Positions 11,628-21,634 of a DNA stretch of 64,000 bases are shown here, in pieces. The stretch comes from Alphaproteobacteria bacterium (GTDB taxonomy: Bacteria; Pseudomonadota; Alphaproteobacteria; UBA7887): contig CBDCGL010000011.1 of NCBI GenBank assembly GCA_965216755.1, forward strand, positions 256,001-320,000, in the 5' to 3' direction. The notes below the pieces were generated by a model. That model ran no database searches. It was not told where the DNA came from and was given only the letters and a program-made list of their open reading frames with translations. Made by a program: the position numbers and the translations under genes. Position 1 is the first letter of the stretch; the number at the start of each line of letters is the position of its first letter.

Positions 11628-11879
11628 ATGAACGATCTAAACGAAGCCATTCTTGCTTTGATTCTGGCGGCGATGACCGGGATCGGTGCAGATGCCGACA
11701 TATTGGTGAATAAGCCCGGCGAGCCGCCATATCTTGCCCCAAGGGCCGGATATTACGAAACCGATCGGCGCCCCCTGCGGCGCGCATCGAACGAATATGT
11801 TCAATACGAACCATGCCGGATCCAACGCGCGAACGGGCAGGGGTGTTTCGTGACGGGCGCCCAAGTACCTGCGATGTAG
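11628..11879 (+). CDS. small hypothetical protein
   Basis: RBS AAGGA upstream and a hydrophobic N-terminal stretch. Confidence 0.4.
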   Translation: MNDLNEAILALILAAMTGIGADADILVNKPGEPPYLAPRAGYYETDRRPLRRASNEYVQYEPCRIQRANGQGCFVTGAQVPAM

Positions 11880-11978
11880 TCCCGAGCCTCTTGCCCAAAG
11901 TGCCTTAGATAGGGGGACATCTGTCTGCGCCGTTATGCCCCGGGTGCCCCCTATCCAAGCCGCGTCATGATTTTATCG

Positions 11979-12860
11979 TTAGGCTGCTAATTCTCTAATC
12001 GGTTGGCCGGTTCGTTTCGCAACAGACGCGCGCAGCTTTTGCAGTGCTTTGTGCTCGATCTGCCGCACGCGTTCCTTGCTAATGCCAAGTTCTTTGCCAA
12101 GTTCTTCAAGTGTCACCGCGTTCTCGCGCAAGCGCCGCTCGCTAATGATCGTGCGCTCGCGCGGTGTCAATTCCTCCAAAGCCTTGGCAAGCCATTGGGA
12201 ACGAGTGGCATTGTCACGTATTTCGATGACGACGTCTTCCGGGTTTTGCGAATCGTCTTGCAGAAAATCCTGCCACTCGTCATCGCTCGATTCGCTGACA
12301 TTGGCGTTGAGCGACTGTTCACTTGCCGCCAAACGCATCTCCATTTCCTCGACGTCGTTCACTTTGACGCGAAGCTCCTTGGCAATTTTTGCCTTGCTCT
12401 CTTCGCTCAACCAGCCGTCGACATCATCCGAGTATTTGGCGCGCATTCGACGCAAATTGAAGAATAGGGCTTTTTGGGCTGCAGTCGTGCCGGTTCGCAC
12501 GATTGACCAATTTCGCAAAACGTAATCCTGCATGGAAGAACGTATCCACCACGACGCATACGTGGAGAACCGGATCTCGCGTTCGGGTTCAAATCGAGCG
12601 GCGGCTTGCAGAATGCCGATATTGCCTTCTTGGACGAGATCGCTCATGGGCAAGCCATAATTGCGAAAGCGGGCGGCGATTTTGATCACCAGCCGCGAGT
12701 AAGCGTTGATGAGTTCGTGCAGCGCTTCCTCGTCGTTGTTATTACGCCACCGGCGGGCCAGCTCGAATTCACGCTCGCGGGTCAGCAGCGCGGCCTTCAT
12801 TGACCGGTTGATGTAGCGCCGGTTGGCCTTCTGCGTTTCGGGACTATCAATGTGTGCCAT
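11979..12860 (-). CDS. rpoH2: RNA polymerase sigma-32-type factor RpoH2
   Basis: DLVQEGNIG, RFSTYASWWI, RpoH box TTAAQKALFFNLRR, ISKERVRQIE. Confidence 0.85.
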   Translation of the reverse strand: MAHIDSPETQKANRRYINRSMKAALLTREREFELARRWRNNNDEEALHELINAYSRLVIKIAARFRNYGLPMSDLVQEGNIGILQAAARFEPEREIRFSTYASWWIRSSMQDYVLRNWSIVRTGTTAAQKALFFNLRRMRAKYSDDVDGWLSEESKAKIAKELRVKVNDVEEMEMRLAASEQSLNANVSESSDDEWQDFLQDDSQNPEDVVIEIRDNATRSQWLAKALEELTPRERTIISERRLRENAVTLEELGKELGISKERVRQIEHKALQKLRASVAKRTGQPIRELAA

Positions 12861-13485
12861 GTGGAGTCGCACCTAGGTTTCTTTATTGAGCGGAACCGCT
12901 TCCCTTGTGCCGCAGATTGCCTATGCCAACCCGGATGTCGGCCATTGCCCCATGGGGCGTGGTGACCGAGATGCAAGACGTGTTGACCCCCTTGGCGGCC
13001 CGGCGCGTCAATTGGTTGGTTTGTCTTTTAGTGCGCTGACCTGACATTGTGCTGCCGCGAATGTTTGTTTTGTGATGATGGAGATTACACTCGAATATAT
13101 TTTCCAATCAATAATAAAAACAAATGAAAACAAGTAAATAAACTTTCTTTGTTTAGGTTTTATTATAATATTCGCAAAAAATTTGACGCGAATTGGCTGG
13201 GCGTTCATGAAAACCGCAGAATTCCGGGATAGCTGGGCGTCATTTTGTCCAGCTGCGCAGCCATGGTTCGCCAGCGAACCAGCGGCTATCTTGATTGCCC
13301 GCAGGTGTGTCTGCGGCAGAAGTCAAGGGGCCATGGTGCGTTTGCACTAGCTGATAGGGTGACATTTCGTGATTGCGGTGACCAATATTGGCCTGTTTGC
13401 CGTCACAGGGTCTCGTCGCGGACATACCGGACAAGCGGTTTACCTTGTCGGCACCAAATGTAAGGTCTTCCGACGATCGGATGAT

Positions 13486-13592
13486 CTACAGTATTTCACG
13501 CTCACATGCGTTCGCAGGACATGCTCTATGCAACTGATATCGATCAATTTGATTTCGTTCAAACACCTCTGTTTGAATGAAGATTGATCTAG
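13486..13592 (+). repeat. palindromic miniature repeat family B, copy 1
   Basis: Matches the reverse complement of 30730-30833; ends in CTAG that carries the mtgA stop. Confidence 0.75.
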
Positions 13593-14314
13593 CGCGACGA
13601 CTGCACGCAAGCCAGAATGGGCCCCAGCTGGCGCACTCTTCCGAGAACAATGTCGGCCTGGCGAACCGCATCGGTGGCATGCGGTGACCGTAGCCGCGGG
13701 TTCGGCAGAATTGTTGCCAATTGGGCCGCCTGGCGGCGGCTGAGTTGGTCCGCCGAAACGCCGAAATGAGTCGTGGCGGCCCGTTCAATTCCGTATATGC
13801 CCGGGCCCCATTCGGCGATGTTCAAATAGATCTCAAGAATCCTGGATTTCGGCCAAAATGCCTCGATCAGGACCGTGAAATAGGCCTCGAGGCCTTTGCG
13901 GAAGAAACTTCGACCTGGCCACAGGAACAGGTTTTTGGCCGTTTGCATGGTGATTGTGCTCGCGCCTCTGAGCCGCTCACCGCGCCGATAGCCTTGATAG
14001 GCCTCGCGAATTGCCGACCAATCAAATCCCCAATGCTGGCAAAAAAGATTATCTTCGCGCGCAATAACCGATTCCGCGACCGACGGTGTAATCTCCGCTA
14101 ATCGTACCCACTTTTTGTCAATGGTATGTCCCTCTGTCGCGCGAATGAGCATAAGAGGTGTCAGCGGAGGCGGAACAAATCGATATGCGGTGACCGCCAG
14201 GGCGGGCCCGAGCACGGCGATAGCGATACATATGGCGATCACTCGGCGCCAAGGCCGCCGTGCGGAGTTGCGACCCGGTCGCTGTTTGTGGTTGTCAACT
14301 TGATTGGCCCGCAT
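13589..14314 (-). CDS. mtgA: monofunctional peptidoglycan transglycosylase
   Basis: EDNLFCQHWGFD, RGASTITMQTAKNLFLW, RKGLE, RILEIYLNIAEWG; start uncertain. Confidence 0.9.
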   Translation of the reverse strand: MRANQVDNHKQRPGRNSARRPWRRVIAICIAIAVLGPALAVTAYRFVPPPLTPLMLIRATEGHTIDKKWVRLAEITPSVAESVIAREDNLFCQHWGFDWSAIREAYQGYRRGERLRGASTITMQTAKNLFLWPGRSFFRKGLEAYFTVLIEAFWPKSRILEIYLNIAEWGPGIYGIERAATTHFGVSADQLSRRQAAQLATILPNPRLRSPHATDAVRQADIVLGRVRQLGPILACVQSSR

Positions 14315-14488
14315 TGATGACTCTATACGCCACGAGGGTCCGGTGCTAAGAAGCAAATCTTTGGTGTCACGTTGTGTGTCTGGCATTCAGTCGGCTCGAT
14401 GAAAGCGCAAAGGAAACGAAACCAATCCACTGTTGGTCAGTTTCGTAAGGGAGCTCGCGAGGGTGCGGCCCGGTTTGGGAGCTTGACA

Positions 14489-15364
14489 ATGCATCTAGGT
14501 CTTTCGTCGCGAATTCGTGCGCATCTCGTTCGCGCGGCATTGGGTCAGGTTCAGAGGCTGATAGGCGCGCGACTTGTTGGCCCTTTCATTGCCATCCAGG
14601 TGGCGCTCTCTATAGCTTCGAAAACGTTGGGTGCAGCCAGTTTTCCGCTGGATATCGACGTCTATGCCGGTGGTTTGCATGTGGTGTCCGGGCGCGCCCA
14701 AGTCGAGCTTGAGCATGAGACCTACGCGATCGACGTAGACCTTGAGTTGGTCGGCCTTATCAGTATCTTCGTGCCATGGGAATCGCGTGTCCACGCTGAT
14801 GGCAAGAGATCCCAGTCATTGATCGAGCCACGCAATTACATCGCTAGATCTGGTGAATCCGATGACCTCGACTACCGTCACATGACGCGCGAGAACGGCA
14901 TTTGGCGCGTTGTTGAGGCGAACCCGCCAGCCATTCACTCCGGCGGTTGGTTGGGCCATTCCTTGACCGAAGGTGCGGTCGATCCGCTCAGCGCATTGAT
15001 CGCATTAATCGCCGCGTTCGACATTGGTCGTGATTGTGTCGACGTCGTACCGGTTTACGATGGCAAGAGGCGGTTTGACCTGGCGGCAAGAATGGTCGGA
15101 AAGGCCGTCTTGAAACCCGGTCGGCTATCCCGATTTTCAGGCAGCGCCTTGGTGTGTGACGTGGAAGTGAGACGCATCGCCGGCTTTGATTCAGAACGGG
15201 GAGCAGGGTCCTGGTTTTGGCGCGGGGATGGACGCGGCACGGAGCCATTGCGCGTCTGGATCGCGCGGTTACGAGCCGACCTTCCGCCCCTGCCGGTAAA
15301 AGCCAAAGTCAGCAGCCGGTTTGGGACTGTCGTTGCGCATTTTAAGCATGCTGATGGGCGCTAG
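14489..15364 (+). CDS. DUF3108-like exported protein
   Basis: YAGGL, DPLSAL, PVYDGKRRFDL, PVK motifs; start uncertain. Confidence 0.6.
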   Translation: MHLGLSSRIRAHLVRAALGQVQRLIGARLVGPFIAIQVALSIASKTLGAASFPLDIDVYAGGLHVVSGRAQVELEHETYAIDVDLELVGLISIFVPWESRVHADGKRSQSLIEPRNYIARSGESDDLDYRHMTRENGIWRVVEANPPAIHSGGWLGHSLTEGAVDPLSALIALIAAFDIGRDCVDVVPVYDGKRRFDLAARMVGKAVLKPGRLSRFSGSALVCDVEVRRIAGFDSERGAGSWFWRGDGRGTEPLRVWIARLRADLPPLPVKAKVSSRFGTVVAHFKHADGR

Positions 15365-15634
15365 AACCTTGGCACCGAGCGCCGCTTGGTAGCTCTTAGA
15401 TTAGTTGAGAAACAGATTGTCAATATATTGATATCGAACTATTCTGGCAGATGTGGTATCATTTTTTTTGTTCGTAGATCCTATGGTTGGCGTTACAGTC
15501 CTGTCGCAGAGGGTAACCTGTGGCGTCGACCAAGTGGACGTGACGCTGGAATCGGTCCAAGCGCTGGACGGATTCATGGAGTGACAAGTGGGCCGCGCGA
15601 GCACAATATTGGCGTCGAATAGGCGGACGTAGAA

Positions 15635-16933
15635 GTGGTTTTGTTGCGCTATATCGGTGAAGACGGGCGCGAACACGAGCTCGATAGCGCACAGGCGTTG
15701 GTGCGCGCCATTGCCGATGGTGACATCGTGGATAGCACGCTGGTGCGTGTGCCGGAGCATGATCGCTGGATGCGGGCCGACGACCACCCCGAATTCGTCA
15801 GTCTTAAGCAGCAAAACAAACGCACAGTGAATAGACGCTTCGCTGGCGGCGGCGAAGACGCACCCGTGCCCGATTTCACCACGTTGCGAAAGCTCAATCG
15901 AACCGGTTCAAGTCGCCCAGCTGGGCCCGTAACGTCTGCCGGGCCCGTAACGTCGGGTGGACCGGGCCATCGCCGCGCGGCCGACCGGGCGGAAAGCTCG
16001 ACCAGTCCTCTTGTCGAAGACCGGATCGAACCGACCTTGGGCCGTCCCATGCCATCCGATATTTCAAAGGTCGTCGATAATGATATCGACCCGCCGCCGA
16101 CCGTTCGCGCAAAGGGGCGCGATGAGCGCATTTCACTGTTTGTGCCGAAATCACCGCCGCTCAAGCCGGTCGAAGATGTCGCGGACCTGGAAATCGAGGA
16201 AGAGCAACAGCAATCCATTTTTCTGCCGTCTGAGGCGCGCGATATCGAAACGAGCATCGACCGCTTTAACCGTTGGCTGATCGTTCAGGCGGTGCTGTCG
16301 GCTCTGCCGGTGCTGATGATCGCGTATATGGCGCTCATGTCTGAATCAATTTCGAATGCGCTCGCATATTACGGTTGGGGGCGATTACCGGCGGTCGGTT
16401 TGCCGCCATTTAACCGGCTCGAAGGTTGGGGGCCGTTGTTGGGTGTTTTGGTGCCGGTCCTAGCTGCGTGCGTATTCCTGATTGCGATGAGCCGGGCCCA
16501 AACCATAGCGTCGAAATTGCTTATTTACGGCTACAGATGGAGTTTTCGCTGGACTGTTCTGTCGCTGTTTGTGCCGATCGTTAATCTCTACCGGCCATGG
16601 TTGGGCCTTGGCGAGATCTACCGGTCGCTGGTTAACTCGGCGCGCGATCGAGAAATCGGCGTGTCGTGGCGCTATGGTTTCAGTGACTTGACCTGCTTGG
16701 TGGCGGTCATCTGGTTCGGCACGGTCATATCGATAATTGCCCTGTATCAAGCCTATGCCGTTGGCGTTGAGTTCAATAGCACGCTGTTCAGCCTTCTTAT
16801 GCTCGAGATGGTGGTACGACTTCTGTTTGCAGTGGTGCCCTTTGTGTATTTGTTGAAAGTGCGCGATGCCATGGTCGAAATGCGGGATACGATTGTCAGG
16901 CATCGAACTGCGGAGACGGACCATTTTTCCTAA
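15635..16933 (+). CDS. membrane protein with DUF4328-like C-terminal domain and Pro-rich linker
   Basis: W..LSLFVPIVNLYRPW motif and several TM helices; 18-bp tandem repeat encoding AGPVTS x2. Confidence 0.6.
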   Translation: MVLLRYIGEDGREHELDSAQALVRAIADGDIVDSTLVRVPEHDRWMRADDHPEFVSLKQQNKRTVNRRFAGGGEDAPVPDFTTLRKLNRTGSSRPAGPVTSAGPVTSGGPGHRRAADRAESSTSPLVEDRIEPTLGRPMPSDISKVVDNDIDPPPTVRAKGRDERISLFVPKSPPLKPVEDVADLEIEEEQQQSIFLPSEARDIETSIDRFNRWLIVQAVLSALPVLMIAYMALMSESISNALAYYGWGRLPAVGLPPFNRLEGWGPLLGVLVPVLAACVFLIAMSRAQTIASKLLIYGYRWSFRWTVLSLFVPIVNLYRPWLGLGEIYRSLVNSARDREIGVSWRYGFSDLTCLVAVIWFGTVISIIALYQAYAVGVEFNSTLFSLLMLEMVVRLLFAVVPFVYLLKVRDAMVEMRDTIVRHRTAETDHFS

Positions 16934-16994
16934 GGCGCCACTTATCCTAGGGCGAAAGGTCGGCGTTGGCGGGTGTCTTGACCCTCGCTCAACC

Positions 16995-17843
16995 TCAGTC
17001 CACGTCTAGATCAAGCAAAAAGTTTGGCCGAGCAAAAGCACCCGCGTGAATTGCCGGGTTGTAGTATCGCGTGTGTAGGTCCAAAGCCTGGTACCGATCG
17101 GTGAGGGCATCGAAATCAAGCAGTGCCAGGTCTCGTGAGTCGGACGCCCAGCCATATGCCATGTCTCCGCCGATATATGTCGGTACTGGCGACAAATAAA
17201 ACCCGCTGTAACGGTACAAAGTACGAAATGCCGTCAGCGAGTTCCTGTATTCGTCAAGTTGGTAAGCTGGCGTACCATTCTGAGTAGCCAAAATGCCGCT
17301 GTTTGTGAGACAGCGTTGACATTGCGCGTAGAAGCTTTGCTCGAATAGAACGGTGCCGGGGCCAATCGGATCGGTGGAATCTATGATAATGACATCGAAT
17401 TTCTGATCGGTTTTACGGACAAACTTCGCGCCATCACCAACAATCAATCGCGTCCGTGGATCGTCAAATGCGCCGTTCGACAGCGTCGGCAGGTGGCGCC
17501 GGCACAATGCCACGACTTCGCCATCAAGGTCGACAAGCGTGGCGCTCACCACCGGGTGTCGCAAAACCTCACGAAGACCGCCGCCATCGCCGCCGCCGAT
17601 AATCAAGATGTCGCGCGGGTTTCCATGGGCGACCAACGGAACATGGACGAGCATTTCGTGATAGTAGAACTCGTCGGCTTCCGTGGTTTGCAATACGTCG
17701 TCGAGCACCAATACGCCGCCGAGCACGTCACTTCGAAAAATCTCAATCTTCTGAAACGCAGTCTTGCCCAAATGGATCGGCTCATCGATCCGAACCCCTT
17801 GGCGCAAGCCGCTGTGTAGGCGCTCCGTATACCAAGATGTCAT
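16995..17843 (-). CDS. speE: spermidine synthase
   Basis: LVLDDVLQTTEADEFYYHEM, LIIGGGDGG, FDVIIIDSTDPIGPG. Confidence 0.92.
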   Translation of the reverse strand: MTSWYTERLHSGLRQGVRIDEPIHLGKTAFQKIEIFRSDVLGGVLVLDDVLQTTEADEFYYHEMLVHVPLVAHGNPRDILIIGGGDGGGLREVLRHPVVSATLVDLDGEVVALCRRHLPTLSNGAFDDPRTRLIVGDGAKFVRKTDQKFDVIIIDSTDPIGPGTVLFEQSFYAQCQRCLTNSGILATQNGTPAYQLDEYRNSLTAFRTLYRYSGFYLSPVPTYIGGDMAYGWASDSRDLALLDFDALTDRYQALDLHTRYYNPAIHAGAFARPNFLLDLDVD

Positions 17844-18265
17844 GCTAACTCTCCGCGCATAAATTCCTGTACTTCGATTCGCCCTGGGCGAAACACACTT
17901 TCCAAAACTGGTATGGCATTTCGCGGTGAGGCGCGCCCGCACATGAAAAGGTCGATGGCGACAAAATTGCATTCGGGCCAGGTATGCACGCTGATATGAG
18001 ATTCGGCCAATACAGCAATGCCGGTGACGCCATCGCCGTCAGGATAATGATGCAATTCGATCTGCAACAGTCGCGCGTTTGCTGCCATCGCGGCCCGCCG
18101 CAGCGCTGTCCTTACGATGTCGATGTCAGATAGGTTGTTAGCATCCCACATGTCCACCAATAGGTGAATGCCCGCAAATCTTCGTCCATTTCGCTCAATC
18201 AGATACTGAAGGGGCCGCGCCACCTCGCATTGTTCTATCGGCTCGCTTTCATCCGCTTGGGTCAA
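17840..18265 (-). CDS. speD: S-adenosylmethionine decarboxylase proenzyme
   Basis: Autocleavage motif LAESHISVHTWPE and DLFMCG; overlaps speE. Confidence 0.92.
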   Translation of the reverse strand: MTQADESEPIEQCEVARPLQYLIERNGRRFAGIHLLVDMWDANNLSDIDIVRTALRRAAMAANARLLQIELHHYPDGDGVTGIAVLAESHISVHTWPECNFVAIDLFMCGRASPRNAIPVLESVFRPGRIEVQEFMRGELA

Positions 18266-18511
18266 TCAACTCCTCCATGTGTCCCGAAGTCTCTGCTCAC
18301 ATGCTGCCGTGGTCGCCGCGACCAAATTCGACAGCACGTCGTTTGGCTTTCCGTCCAGCAGCGCCGGCCCCAAAATGCTTCGCAGTCGAACAAAATGCAA
18401 TGTGTTTGCGGCTGTCTCACGGAACCATGCGCGGATTTCGTTACGGCTCCTCAGCCGAAAGCCGAATGCGCGGCCGGGTAGACCTGCCCGTCCACGGCCG
18501 CTCGATGGACA

Positions 18512-18922
18512 TTATCCAAGGGCGCCCCTAAAAACATACCTCTTATCGAGTTGATATTTGATGACATAGCCGACACACAGTCCAAGAACAGCGCCAACTT
18601 CGCGCATAAAGTCGGTTTTCCAGATGAACCAGAATCCAGTTTCGGCGCCCCAGAAGATGGCTGTCGTGATGGCCCCCATCAATGTATACAAGCCGAATTT
18701 GCGCGTGTGCGCGAGTAGCCCGGACGAAAGATCGCCAAATATCCAGCGCTTATCCAGAAGATATTTGAGCAATAGGCCAACCGCGGTGCCCACCGCAATT
18801 GCCAACGCTAGCGCGTGCGACCCTTCGTACGTCCACAACGACACGCGTTGCGCGGCGAGATTCGCGAATGTTGCGACGGCGGCAAAAAGGGCATATCGAA
18901 GCGTGAGTTGCTTCAGGGTCAC
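18512..18922 (-). CDS. GtrA-family membrane protein
   Basis: KYLLDKRWIF and KYQLDKRYVF repeats, about 4 TM; GTGA overlap with the ubiA-like gene. Confidence 0.85.
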   Translation of the reverse strand: MTLKQLTLRYALFAAVATFANLAAQRVSLWTYEGSHALALAIAVGTAVGLLLKYLLDKRWIFGDLSSGLLAHTRKFGLYTLMGAITTAIFWGAETGFWFIWKTDFMREVGAVLGLCVGYVIKYQLDKRYVFRGALG

Positions 18923-20358
18923 AAAAAAGTTCCGGCGATCCCGCACAGTAGGACCGCAACGCCACACGCAATACTGATTTTGTCGCTGACCGCAAACACA
19001 ACCGGATCGTCATTCATGTTCCCGCGCTGTGCGATCAGGATAATCCGGCTGATCCAATACAAAAGGATCGGGCAGGCGAACCATAACAAGTAAGGCGACG
19101 CGTAAAGTACCAATACCTCGGGGCTACTGATATAGAGCGCCAGAACCAAGACGGAATTGTAACCGGCCGCCATGGCCATCATCGTGATGACCGGTAAATC
19201 CTCAACACCATAGTTTCGGCCCCATATGTTTGAACCCCCTGATTGTTTCTTGTCAACAAGCTCTATTTGCCGTTTCACAGCTGCGAGGGATAGAAACAGA
19301 AACCCGGAAAAAGCTAGCATCCATGGGGATAAAATTACGTCCGTTGCGGCGGCTCCAGCAACGACACGCAGTGTATAGAGGGCCGCGAGCACAAAGATAT
19401 CAATAATAAAATATCTCTTGAGTTCCAGAGAATATAGTAGTGTTAGGAAATAATAAATTCCCAATGTTAAGAATAAATCTGGTGTGGCAAAGAAAACACA
19501 AAGTATGACGGCGGAAAATAGCAAAATTATCGTCAGGCCGACGCCATGCGCGATGGGGATTAGTCCTGCGGCGAATGGTCGTTTGGATTTGCGCGGGTGC
19601 TTTCGATCGGCTGACAAGTCAAGGAGATCGTTCAGAATATACACGCTCGATGCGGTCAAACTAAAGATGATGAAAGCGAAGATCGCCATTGTGAGCGCAC
19701 CCTGCTCGAAACGGTGCGCCGCGATGACAGGCAGAAAAACCAGGATATTCTTTAGCCATTGGTGCGGCCTGAGAGCCGCCGCATAGTATCGGACCCTTTC
19801 GCGGATGCCCGTGGGCGGGCAAAGATTGCGGACGTCATCTGAGACACGCGCGACCGCGGCGCGCAGTGCGTGCGAAACGTTGAATGTTATCGCCTGATTG
19901 GCTCTCGCCCAGACCGCCAAATCCACCGGTGCGTCCGCCGCATAGTCAAACTTCTTCTCGCCAAATCGGTTGACCAGGAATTCTGCTTTTGTGGCCCCGC
20001 CCAAATTTCGATTGCCATCGGACCCATGGGCTTCATCGAAACAACCCAAATGTTGGGCCACGGCGTCAACGAGTTTCTGATCTGACGCCGACACCAAGAT
20101 CACTTTACGTCCATGCCGCCGTGCTTCTGAAATTAGCGCAAGCGCCTCGTCTCGATAGGGCAGGGTCGCGGCGTCAATATTGGTATGAGCGGCAATGCGT
20201 GATTTGAAAGCCGCCTTACCGCCAAGCAGGTATCTGGGTAGTCTTGCGATATTCAAGTAGTTGTTGGAAACAAACTGCAAGACGCTCTCATGCAAAAGGT
20301 CGGTTCGGATCAAAGTATTGTCCAAATCGACGACGAGAACGGTGTTGTTGCTGCTCAT
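18919..20358 (-). CDS. HAD-like/UbiA prenyltransferase fusion (polyprenyl-phosphate phosphoribosyltransferase type)
   Basis: VVDLDNTLIRTDLL, LRPHQWLKN, YILNDLLD..ADRKHP.K..RPFAAG, DDPVVFA. Confidence 0.85.
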   Translation of the reverse strand: MSSNNTVLVVDLDNTLIRTDLLHESVLQFVSNNYLNIARLPRYLLGGKAAFKSRIAAHTNIDAATLPYRDEALALISEARRHGRKVILVSASDQKLVDAVAQHLGCFDEAHGSDGNRNLGGATKAEFLVNRFGEKKFDYAADAPVDLAVWARANQAITFNVSHALRAAVARVSDDVRNLCPPTGIRERVRYYAAALRPHQWLKNILVFLPVIAAHRFEQGALTMAIFAFIIFSLTASSVYILNDLLDLSADRKHPRKSKRPFAAGLIPIAHGVGLTIILLFSAVILCVFFATPDLFLTLGIYYFLTLLYSLELKRYFIIDIFVLAALYTLRVVAGAAATDVILSPWMLAFSGFLFLSLAAVKRQIELVDKKQSGGSNIWGRNYGVEDLPVITMMAMAAGYNSVLVLALYISSPEVLVLYASPYLLWFACPILLYWISRIILIAQRGNMNDDPVVFAVSDKISIACGVAVLLCGIAGTFL

Positions 20359-20581
20359 GTCCGCGGAATATCTCATTTCCCTTGAGAACAAGTTAGAGCC
20401 GTTTCGGACAATAAGGAGCCGATTTTGCGGCGATGGGAACTGTAATTCTGATTCTGCCTCACGGCGAAATGCGCGGTAAGATATGGTCTCGCGGTGTGGC
20501 GGTATGGAAAGACCGTAGGTGGTGATCGCAACTATGCCCAAGTGACAAGAACGGCGAACGCAACATGCATCCCTGGGATCA

Positions 20582-21047
20582 GTTAGAGCGCTTTCCAACC
20601 ATACTGGACCATTCTGCCGGAGCGATTTTACGACAAGATCAAGTCGATGTCCGCATGGCGTATCGGGCATATGGCTAAGGACATCGCCGTCGAGATTGTC
20701 GCAAAAGAGCCCGGCCCTGCGGGTTTGCGACCGGCGGGCGTCCCCCAATGGGAATCCATGTGGACGACCACATTGGTCGGCGGACTTGCCCGATGCGCTC
20801 GTGCGGTGGATTGCACGTTCGCTTGATCTCGCAGCGAGCACCAGAGCGAACGTCCGATCCGTGAACCGCACGAGATCCAAATATTCGGCTCGTGTCCTGA
20901 CGAAATCGAAGTTCGTAAGGTGCCTGGGGTCAGACGTGACGAACTTCGGTTTCAGGACACGAGCATCGCGCTGCGTCGCCCTTCTTGTGGACCGCCGCGC
21001 CGGACCCCAAACAGAATTGATTCAATATGGTCGGAAAGCGCTCTAAC
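20582..21047. mobile_element. MITE-like element (repeat family A, full copy)
   Basis: About 35-bp terminal IRs GTTAGAGCGCTTTCC(A/G)ACCATA; internal hairpin; right half recurs at 29050-29233. Confidence 0.7.
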
Positions 21048-21634
21048 CACGAAATGACGCTGGCCAGGCATTACAGTCTGGCCAGCGTCAGTCGATGAGG
21101 TGAGGTGCGAATGGACGACGTCACTATGGTCGATTGCGGCGAAGGGCGAAGTGATCGCGATCACCGTCGGATGGGGTATTCGATCTCAGGGTACAATGGC
21201 ACGGAATTGTCGACCATCTGGCTTGCGGCTGTTTGAACTGGTCATGCGGCCCCACACTGGCGCGAATGAAACGCCCATATCCTCCGCTACTGCGAAGAAA
21301 AGCCTACATACAAGCCTGAAACATCCGGAAGGATTTCATAGGTTTAGTGGGGGCTGTACCGTCGGCGCGGTGGGAACCATGCGGGCGCCAACAATCGCGA
21401 GTTAGCGAGTCTTAAACATAAATCGCGTAGACCGAACCATTGGAAAGGGCGTCGAAACTGGCTTGCTCAAATCCGCCATGGTACAGCCGCCAAAAGCAGT
21501 CATTGTTTTTGGCAGATTCCGTGCAAAATGAAGAGATCGATTGGCATGCTGATCTACCTCCCACGCTCGGTTTAGTGGTGAAGTCGTCAAAAGCATCTAC
21601 GTTTCGATTTATTTGATTGAACTTGTAGCGGCCG

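Noticed and set aside
18440-18512. Possible remnant of a DprE1-like gene after gtrA
   Set aside because: A 23-codon ORF with no convincing motif.
20358-20880. N-terminal extension of the 653-aa UbiA ORF
   Set aside because: It runs through the MITE-like element; the HAD domain begins at MSSNNTVLVVDLD.
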